Origin: Rhynchopus sp. YZ270_cl-10
Lineage: Eukaryota
NCBI GenBank assembly: GCA_964035575.1
Contig: OZ037839.1
Coordinates: 248,001 to 312,000, forward strand
Length of the DNA: 64,000 bases
Direction: 5' to 3'
Of the stretch, positions 10,680 to 20,600 are shown piece by piece. Below the pieces are notes generated by a model. The model ran no database searches, was not told the DNA's origin, and worked only from the letters and a program-made list of their open reading frames with translations. A program made the position numbers and the translations under genes. Each line of letters starts with the position of its first letter. The first letter of the stretch is position 1.

Positions 10680-11556
10680 TTCTTGTTATTGTTGTTTTCC
10701 ACACACCTTCCTTCAACCCTTGTAGGATCAGTTCGTATTTTTTTCGCGAAAACATGAAATTACACATTTCAAGAGAACAAAAAAATTAAATAGGGTTCGC
10801 CCCCTCAATGGGACGCCGTAAACCATAATCCTCAGTGTCAGCCGCATCATTTCAATGAAACCAAAAAGTGGCTTATTTGCATTTTTGGGATCAGCCCGTG
10901 CAGCGGTGGGGTCATTTCGGAAAATTGGACAATTTTTGACCACTTAAATTTTGAGAAATATGGTCAAAATTTTCCTCAAAATCGACGAAATTAAAATTAG
11001 ACCCCTTACCCCCCCCAGAATCCATTTCAATACACTACCTGTATTGGTTGCTGACGCGTGTATACAGGAAGGTTGGGAAAAGCCGGTGTGAGGCAATTTT
11101 TTTTTTCCCCACGCATTTTTGACAGAGACATCCACAACTCTTTCCCCTCCGCGCCCTTGTCTAACCATATGGCATCAAAACTTTTCTGGCGAAGCCACGG
11201 TACGCAACATTTCGAAAATTGTGACATAAAATCGCACGCTTTTATAGCCAAACTACGGCATAGGTAGGGTAGAGCTGTGGGCTACCGCTGGTCATTTTTA
11301 GCTGCGCAGCAAACGCACGGTACGCTACTTTTTTATGAGAGTTGCGAACATCTATTTCTTTTGATTGAACGGACCGATTGGTCTTTATGGTGGGGTCACA
11401 TGCACATACGAAACCGCTACAGATGTGGTTGTAGCCTTGTATGAGGAGATTGAATTCAGAAAAAAATTCAAAAATCCGCCTTTTTCTTTTTTTTTTTTTT
11501 TTTCTCAAAATCAGGGTATTATGGGTGATCTATGAACGGGGAGAGATTTTTTTACT

Positions 11557-11772
11557 AGCTCTCAGTAAGCTCTCACAGGCTCTCACAGACTCTCACAAGC
11601 TCTCACAAGCTCTCACAGGCTCTCACAAGGTCTCACAGTCTCTCACAGACTCTCACAAGCTCTCACAGGCTCTCACAAGGTCTCACAGGCTCTCACAGCT
11701 CTCACTAACTCTCACTAAGCTCTCACAGGCTCTCACAAGCTCTCACAGGCTCTCACGAGCTCTCACAAACTC
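11557..11772 (+). repeat. 10-bp minisatellite (GCTCTCACAR)n; further blocks at 12045-12185 and 12555-12661
   Basis: Directly visible tandem repeats. Confidence 0.9.
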
Positions 11773-11932
11773 TGAGGGGTTTTTTGTTAGTGGTGTGGTG
11801 TGGCTGGCAACATGTATTCTGTGGTGGTCAAACGTGAAATATTCCTTCTTCAATGGATTTATTGGGCGTATGTTATACTGGGACAATGTGGTCAGATCAC
11901 TCTTCAGACCACCTGGCGTTTGTATTGTGAAA

Positions 11933-12029
11933 ACTGTGTATACTGTGTATACTGTGTATACTGTGTATACTGTGTATACTGTGTATACTGTGTATACTGT
12001 GTATACTGTGTATACTGTGTATACACAGT
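11933..12029 (+). repeat. (ACTGTGTAT)n microsatellite ending in a palindromic flip
   Basis: About 10 copies, then ACTGTGTATACACAGT. Confidence 0.9.
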
Positions 12030-12283
12030 ATACTGTAGGTCATCAGCTCTCAGTAAGCTCTCACAGCTCCCACTAGTTCCCACTAGTTCCCACTAACTCT
12101 CACTAACTCCCAGTAAGCTCTCACAGCTCCCACTAACTCTCACTAGCTCTCACTAACTCTCACTAGCTCTCAGTAAGCTCTCATACTGTAAACTTGTTTA
12201 AGTAGCTTTGCTACGCCAGGGGGGTCTCTAGGATAAAATATGTCGCGAATAAGAAAGTCTTTTCCCCTCCCCCTTTTTCGCTA

Positions 12284-12317
<34 letters not shown>

Positions 12318-14189
12318 TTTTTTTGCGCGTACCATTTATCTATTGCTACGTGCCCTTTTTGTTGTTATTGCTTACCACTTGCTTCGGCAAGGTTGGTTGA
12401 GGACGTTACGGGGAAATCTCACCACCACCTTCATCAGTATTTTTGTGTTGTGTTTCCCCAGTCTCGCCCTCATGACCACATACCTCGCTGCCGTTTTTTC
12501 GGCGCTATTAACCAAGAAAGACCTTTCCCCCCATATTTTATCCTAATGAGACCCCCACAGGCTCTCACAGGCTCTCACAAGCTCTCACAAGGTCTCACAA
12601 GCTCTCACAGGCTCTCACAGACTCTCACAAGCTCTCACAGGCTCTCACAAGCTCTCACAGCCTGTTACGTGTCCCACGGAGACGATCATAGATCACCCAG
12701 TATTAGGGTGAAAATCCAAAATTCCGGAAAAAACTGGTTTTTCTGGTTTTCTCTCCTGGGTGGCGAAAACTAGTTTTTCCGGCGAAAACCTCCACCGTTG
12801 ACGGACACAGTCACCTTTTTCGGGTTTTTCGGGGGTGGGGTCCGTGTCTTATCCAGGAATCCAGATTTCAAGATTGGGGAGGTCAGCTTGTTTTTTGCTC
12901 AAAATATTTTTCGGCGCTGCTGACCATTGGGAACATAGGGACGGTATATTTTTTTGCGGAGCAAAAAAATAATATAAAATGGCGCCGCAGGCGAAAAATT
13001 TTGAGGGTACGGTGTAAAAATGTAGCTTTTTACACCACAGAGCCACTCAACGAACCCTTTTTTGCGGAGCAAAAAATGAAAAATGGCGCCGCAGGCAAAA
13101 AAAAAAATCAAGGAACAGCCATTTCACAAAGGCACTCCCGTGGTTCAACCACGGTTCTACCAGGCGGGGAAAAAATGCAGGGAAAAAAATCGAGTCCGCC
13201 CTAATCTGGAAACGACATTTACAGAAAGGCCTGGTGAAAAGTGTCGGTTTTTTTTTCCCCTCCAGATTTCTCTGTTTTTTTTTTTTTTTTGAAAACCAGT
13301 TTTTGGAAAAACTGGTTTTCAAAACCAGTTTTTTTAACCACCCTAATACCCTGCTCAAAATCCCACACCGGCTTTTCCGGTGTGGCCACACGCGCATACT
13401 AATGTCCCCTGGTCAGAATCAAACTCGATTGGCTGGTTAGGTGTACCTCCTTATCCCCACGTCCCCCAAAACGGGAGGTTTATTTCGTCAGATCTTCAGG
13501 AATTCTGCTCATCTTCAATACATTATTTTCCAAAAAACGTGAAGAAATGTCCAAAAAAGGGGTCAAAAACCTTCCTGCACTAGGTTCTCTAAAACAAAAC
13601 CCTCCCGCAGTACAAGAAGAAACGGCGGTCATGACATCAAAACACTTCTGGCGAATGTCACGCTACTCAAAAATTGTGACATAAAAATCGATTTTCTTCT
13701 GCAAGCTCACGCGACCATTGCTAGTCACGGTGGAGACTCAGCCAAATGACTGCGACAGCGGCGCGCTGTTCTGAGGCGTTCGTGTAATTGACCAAAAAAT
13801 TGCAAAAAGAAATCTTAACGTACACTCTCTGTTGATTCTAAAACGGGGGGTAGGAAAAAATTGCCAATATAAAAAATGGGGGGGATTCAAGAGTTGGAAC
13901 GCTTCCTCACCCAGACGGTCCTCACGCGATACGTCACAAGTGTCATGTCCACGGAAAGATATCCGTTCCATTTGATAAGGTCTCGACCGTTGTTACATTG
14001 CACGCTTCCACCGAGTTACTCCTGTTGAGGACTGTGTGCAACTCGGTCAGGTGGGACGAGGTTTCGTTCGCTGCCATGTATAAAAGCCCTGAATTTGGTC
14101 AATTTTTCGTCCCCTTTTTTAGTGTAGACCCAGGAGGGGGGAATGGAACAGCACACACGAAGTATGGCTTGAAAATACAAAGCCCCCTA

Positions 14190-16253
14190 CATGGTTTCGG
14201 AAAGAGCTATTTTTTTTTTTTGTTTTTTTGAAAAAAAAAACTGCCTAAAAAAAAAAAAGATCTTTTTTTTATACGGTTTTTTTTGGTGGCTTTTTGTACG
14301 CCACAAACCTGCGGTCAAAGTCACACCCTGGTATGTGGGGCCCACTGCGCGTATTCGCAGTGTGACAGTCATGTGTAGGCCACCAGGGGGGTGCACACGT
14401 GCCACCCCCATGCGGTGCCATGGGACCCCCCCAACAGCGGCAAAAAAAAACCCCCCTTGGTGTGATTTTTCTAAAAAAAAGGTGTAAAAAAGGTCCTTCT
14501 AAGGTCCTTCTAAGGTATGGTGGTTTTCCTTAGGGCATTTCCTTCAGGAAAACGTGACTTTTTCCCGAGCTTTCCCTGTGGTGGAGTGGCCTTGTTTTCG
14601 ATCAAAAAACTGGGTACCCAGTACCCAGTACCCAGTACCCAGTACCCAGTACCCAGTACCCAGTACCCAGTACCCAGTACCCAGTACCCAGTACCCAGTA
14701 CCCAGTACCCAGTACCCAGTACCCAGTACCCAGTACCCAGTACCCAGTACCCAGTACCCAGTACCCAGTACCCAGTACCCAGTACCCAGTACCCAGTACC
14801 CAGTACCCAGTACCCAGTACCCAGTACCCAGTACCCAGTACCCAGTACCCAGTACCCAGTACCCAGTACCCAGTACCCAGTACCCAGTACCCAGTACCCA
14901 GTACCCAGTACCCAGTACCCAGTACCCAGTACCCAGTACCCAGTACCCAGTACCCAGTACCCAGTACCCAGTACCCAGTACCCAGTACCCAGTACCCAGT
15001 ACCCAGTACCCAGTACCCAGTACCCAGTACCCAGTACCCAGTACCCAGTACCCAGTACCCAGTACCCAGTACCCAGTACCCAGTATCCAGTACCAAGGCA
15101 AGGGGCCGATGGAGGGTTCCAAGACGGCAGTAGCCTGCGACACTATGTCATGGGAAGGTGGGATACCAGCTTGCGCCGCAGGCGCACGGTACGCTACTTT
15201 TATTGTTTCGGCGTATCCTTTTTTCTCACTCTCCGTTGGGTTCTACGAGCTCCGCCCGTCAAATGGTGAGTGCAAAATTCGCATCTACGCAAACTGCCCC
15301 ACGTTCATTTTGTACTTTTCCTTCAGAAGTCAAGTACTGACCATATTTTGCACACAAACTTGGAAATGGCCTGTAAAAACTGACACATGCATTTTAGGTC
15401 AAAAATACTCAGTTCTGAGCGCAAAGTGACCCCATCACAGCACGCACAGGCTCCGGTGCACCGAAATCAAAAAAAAGTTTTTTTGATTTTTTGTGGGTAA
15501 AAATTTCTGGGGAAATTTTCTGGCCACAAAAAACCGCCAAAAAAATGTACACAAAATAATTTTAGCACCCCCCAAAAAAAAAGGTGTAAAAAAGGTCCTT
15601 CTAAGGTCCTTCTAAGGTATACCACTACCCCTGTATAGGTCACACCACCCCTGTTTGGTGGTTTTTCAGCCCAGATCGCTGTTTTTTGGGCCCATACCCG
15701 GGTATGTGGGGTGGGAAACGCGTATTCGCGGTCTCAGAACCATGTGTGGGACACACAAGGGGGTGCACACGTGCTCATTTCAGTGCCGCGCAACCCACGT
15801 TTTCGAACCCAAAAACGACAGAGGCATTCGTGGCGGTGGGCAAAAACCACACACATAGGTTTGCCCGCATCTGGCACCAGTCTGAGTCTCTCACCGCAGG
15901 TGGGTTGCATTTTGTAGCCATTCGTTGCGTGTAGCGAAGAGCGTGGTGCAAAAAGCATGTTGGGCATAGAAGCCACATAGCGTGTAGAACCAAAGGGGGC
16001 AGCGTGTGGTCGGGTTCGGAAATCTTGCGCGTCAGGTCACAACGTACTGCATCACACCCTCCCGTAGCTCTCGCGAGGTCAGGGCCCCCCTCGGGCCTTC
16101 GGCCCGAGGGGAACCCGACCTCCCAAAAGGGATCCCTCGGGCTCTCGCGGTGATTTTGTGTGAGAAAAACCCTTTGAAAACCGTACAAAAAAAAGATCTT
16201 TTTTTTTGGCCCAAAAAAAAAAAAACTGCCTAAAAGATCTTTCCGAAACCATG
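14190..16253. mobile_element. Non-autonomous TIR element with CATG termini
   Basis: TIRs CATGGTTTCGGAAAGA and TCTTTCCGAAACCATG, with further inverted subterminal blocks. CCCCTA direct repeat on both flanks. Internal duplications at 14474-14518 and 15575-15620, and at 14322-14402 and 15692-15774. Confidence 0.7.
14614..15094 (+). repeat. (AGTACCC)n microsatellite, about 68 copies
   Basis: Near-perfect heptamer array beginning in the palindrome ACTGGGTACCCAGT. Confidence 0.95.
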
Positions 16254-16337
16254 CCCCTACGTCACAAAAAAAAGAAAAAGGGTGGGGAGGAAATCATGAG
16301 AAGACAGCAGCGTTGGGCCGTTACACCTCTCCGTATA

Positions 16338-16453
16338 CAGTTGGACAACCACTATCCTACCAAGTAATATTGGCGACCAAAAAAGTCGCCAATTGCAAGA
16401 AAACCCCCAAAATCCGCCAATATTATTTGGTCGCCAAGTTTCTTGTCCAACTG
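16338..16453. mobile_element. 116-bp Tc1/mariner-type MITE
   Basis: TA|CAGTTGGACAA ... TTGTCCAACTG|TA: perfect 11-bp TIR with TA TSD. Confidence 0.75.
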
Positions 16454-16490
16454 TAGTTCTATCACCTCATATCGATTTGTGCACACATTA

Positions 16491-16596
16491 CTCGACGATG
16501 AAGTAAATGACTTGACTTATGGTTTCATCGTTGTAAGTCAACGGTGAAAAAACCACAAGTAAAACCACAAATCAAAGTAATTTACTTCACCGTCGG
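16491..16596. mobile_element. About 105-bp TA-flanked MITE
   Basis: Inverted ends CGACGATGAAGTAAATGACTT and AAGTAATTTACTTCACCGTCG, with TA on both flanks. Related copy at 17296-17381. Confidence 0.6.
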
Positions 16597-17295
16597 TACA
16601 TCCCCACAAGAAACTCCTGTTATATTTAATTTATTTCTACTCTAAAAACGACATTTTTTTTTGAAAAATTGTTGGAAATAGTGTAGTTGCCACCTGTGCA
16701 AGCTGTCATGCGTTTTCGTTCTCCGAATTAAAAAAATGGATGCTGTATGTACAAACGCCTCTGTGGACGCAGGCACAGTACCTCCAACAGGGGCTATCGA
16801 AGGAGGGCAACTTAAAAAATGAAATGAAAAATTTACGGGTTAAAAAAAGATGTGCCCTCGTGGCCAACTGATCTTAATTTTTTTGTTTTTGGGTCGTTCT
16901 GTTCTTCGAAACGCTGTTTCCATCAGCGCAGAACCGGAGGGTATGTTCTGCTGTGTACACTTCCTTTGTGAAGACGGGGCACAAAGGCCCGTCTTTCAGA
17001 GTGTTTCGTTCTTTCATTACTTGTTGTGTTCTGACAGAAATGTTAGTTTTGTTTTGTTTTTTTTTTCGTAAAAATAATTTACCCCTTTGTTCTTTGTGCC
17101 GCACCTGCCTCCCTCCCCCAGACCTCTCCACTGAAAGCTTCTTATTGAGCCCTCCGGGAGCGGGGTGACCCCTACCCTACCCTACCCTTATTGCCTGTGG
17201 ACTAACAGAGGCACAGACAGCCCTCATCCATTTCTGCACACTGCTGCGTACAGGAAACAATGTAGACAGTAGCACATATGGTCTGACGACCCCTA

Positions 17296-17381
17296 CACGA
17301 TAAAGTAAATGACTTGGTTGCCACCGTTGGCTGACGGTGACAATCCCCAAAGCCAAGTTTTTTTTTTTTAACTTCACGGTG
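17296..17381. mobile_element. Second, diverged copy of the TA-flanked MITE
   Basis: TA|CACGATAAAGTAAATGACTT ... AACTTCACGGTG|TA. Shares AAGTAAATGACTTG and ACGGTGA with 16491-16596. Confidence 0.5.
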
Positions 17382-17568
17382 TACAAATTGCTGCCGATGG
17401 TGCTGCTAGAGACCATAGCGCAATGAGCACAGTAGGTTCTCTGTTCTGCATTTACCTTGGCGGCGGTGTGTTTTTGTTTTTGCGTGCTTTCGGGCTTGTG
17501 GTGTCATTTCTCCGTTGTGCTACTTCCACCGCTCTCTTCGTGTACGGACACAATGTCGAATAACAGTG

Positions 17569-17631
17569 TTACGCAACAAGAACCTTCTCCTCCCCAAACT
17601 TCTCTACACACCACTCATACTGCTTCATCAG
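17569..17631 (-). CDS. Terminal exon 4 of the Fam20-like kinase
   Basis: Polypyrimidine tract plus CAG. Encodes LMKQYEWCVEKFGEEKVLVA-stop, resembling the Fam20 C-terminal C..K.G..V pattern. Confidence 0.8.
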   Translation of the reverse strand: MMKQYEWCVEKFGEEKVLVA

Positions 17632-20600
17632 CTGTAAGAAAGAAGGAAGTGAGAAAAACAGTTTGTAAATGCGGAAGACGCAAAAACAAACTCGCGAACA
17701 AAAAAAAGAGTTTTTTCTGCGAAGTGGTGGTAATGGAAAAAACCTCCACTCTCATTTCGCAAGCTTCATTTTCGTTTTGGTTTTCTCCTCACAGAAAATA
17801 TTGTTTGTATTGTTTTGTGGAAAATAACAAAACCTACATTCTCAAACTTTTCTACTGACGTGATTTTCATTGGACGCATCCGTGGGGCAAACACATACCT
17901 TTATGCGCCGTTTGTCGCAACGTCTCAGGAGCTTGTGGTGGATGAACTTCTTGAGTGGCTTGGGCAGCACTGCGTCCATAGCATCGCTGAAGCCACGTTC
18001 ATCGAGCTGTGTGTGTGTGTGTGCGAATAGGTGACTGAGTGCAAAGAGCGTATGGGGAAAGGGAACAACTGTTCAGTGACCGTATTGAGAGGTCTTTTTT
18101 TAAACACCGTTTTTAGAAATTTTGTGCGAGTTAGGAAAAAATATGAGAGTACCACAGATACTCAAAAGTTAACACTCAATCCCAAATTTTTGTCCAAACT
18201 GGGTATTTTTTTAAATAAAGAACAACTATTCAAAACCGTAAAATTCTTGCTTTAATTGATTTTTCTGGTAAAACCTATGAACACGCAAAAAAAATCGACC
18301 AGATTCGTTGAGTGACTAAAACCCAATCACCCATAGAGAGAGAGACCCAAAACGGTGATTTTCCCTGTAATTCCTTAAGGAATTGCCTTTGCCATTTGAA
18401 AAAATATTATGACCGCAAAAATGGCAACATGTAATCTGTGATGCTCAAAAGTGCAAAATTCTTGCTCCAATGGATTCTCCGGGTATATATTGTACCTGGA
18501 GAATATGCTCATATCACTCTTCAGACCATCTGGGGTATGGTCACACACAGGTAGTATACACAGTATACACAGTATACACAGTATACACAGTATACACAGT
18601 ATACACAGTATACACAGTATACACAGTATACACAGTATACACAGTATACACAGTATACACAGTATACACAGTATACACAGTATACACAGTATACACAGTA
18701 TACACAGTATACACAGTATACACAGTATACACAGTATACACAGTATACACAGTATACACAGTATACACAGTATACACAGTATACACAGTATACACAGTAT
18801 ACACAGTATACACAGTATACACAGAAAACACAGTATACACAGTATACACAGTATACACAGAAAACACAGGGGATTGGGAGTGAAGTACAGTACAGTACAG
18901 TACAGTACAGTACAGTACAGTACAGTACAGTACAGTACAGTACAGTACAGTACAGTACAGTACAGTACAGTACAGTACAGTACAGTACAGTACAGTACAG
19001 TACAGTACAGTACAGTACAGTACAGTACAGTACAGTACAGTACAGTACAGTACAGTACAGTACAGTACAGTACAGTACAGTACAGTACAGTACAGTACAG
19101 TACAGTACAGTACAGTACAGTACAGTACAGTACAGTACAGTACAGTACAGTACAGTACAGTACAGTACAGTACAGTACAGTACAGTACAGTACAGTACAG
19201 TACAGTACAGTACAGTACAGTACAGTACAGTACAGTACAGTACAGTACAGTACAGTACAGTACAGTACAGTACAGTACAGTACAGTACAGTACAGTACAG
19301 TACAGTACAGTACAGTACAGTACAGTACAGTACAGTACAGTACAGTACAGTACAGTACAGTACAGTACAGTACAGTACAGTACAGTACAGTACAGTACAG
19401 TACAGTACAGTACAGTACAGTACAGTACAGTACAGTACAGTACAGTACAGTACAGTACAGTACAGTACAGTACAGTACAGTACAGTACAGTACAGTACAG
19501 TACAGTACAGTACAGTACAGTACAGTACAGTACAGTACAGTACAGTACAGTACAGTACAGTACAGTACAGTACAGTACAGTACAGTACAGTACAGTACAG
19601 TACAGTACAGTACAGTACAGTACAGTACAGTACAGTACAGTACAGTACAGTACAGTACAGTACAGTACAGTACAGTACAGTACAGTACAGTACAGTACAG
19701 TACAGTACAGTACAGTACAGTACAGTACAGTACAGTACAGTACAGTACAGTACAGTACACATATCAGACAAGATCTCGTTAGGCGTATACTTCTGGGCCT
19801 CGTTCACTTCATAAACCACAGATGCAATTTTTTGAGCCTACGACCCCGCATTTAACTCATTTCGATCCGCTGATTTCAATCCCAAAAAATATTTCAAAAA
19901 AATATTTCTGGTGTGGCACCTTAACCGATTCTGCGTGGTTCTACCCGTTGTCCCTCCGTAAAGGGGGGGTATGGATGTTGGAAAACAGGCCTTCATAGGC
20001 ACCTTCGGTACAACGTCGCAGGCAGGCCAAACAGCGTTTTAAATTTGTTGTTTGTGAGCTACCCGCATGTGGAAGGCCCACTTCTCAGAATTCACGACAT
20101 CTTTTCTCTACCCGATCGGTGGAGTACATATTTGTTATCACCCCCTGGTTACCCTACTTACACATTTTCAAAAGAATCGGCGTTGAAGAAAATAAGAATG
20201 CTCGATGTTCACTCGTGGGATAGTTTTTCACGAGTATAAAGTACGGTGTGAACATCTCATATATTGGTGCACTCTCGCTGATCTCTTTGACCGGAAATAT
20301 GTGCAACACATGCACTCCTCCTCGCGTGTGCGGTTGATGAAGCTGTTGCAAGCGTCTTCTCCATTACAGTCTCAAGAGAAATACGTCTGACAGCAGACGA
20401 GTTCGGGGCTGGACATACACTCAAATGCAGGACATGTCTTTAATGTCCTAATCCTGTGCACCAAGCACCACCCCAGGCGCTTCGCGGCGAAGGGCAGGCT
20501 TAGCCCAGCCCTTAGCCGCGAAGCGACTGGGGGGTCTGGGGGGCGGAGCCCCCCAGCGAAATTTTTTGACTTAACACTGCTTGTGCTTAGAAAACCCGAA

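Larger units (their letters stand above)
11512..13353. mobile_element. Non-autonomous hAT-type element with 8-bp TSD
   Basis: TIRs CAGGGTATTATGGGTG and CACCCTAATACCCTG. Exact 8-bp TSD CTCAAAAT at 11504-11511 and 13354-13361. Contains 10-bp minisatellites and a 9-bp microsatellite. Confidence 0.85.

Noticed and set aside
17169..17189. Telomeric repeat
   Set aside because: Only about 4 TAGGG units, not TTAGGG, and internal.
19860..19924. Kolobok-like terminus (CTGGTGTGGCACC|TTAA)
   Set aside because: No matching opposite TIR was found in the window.
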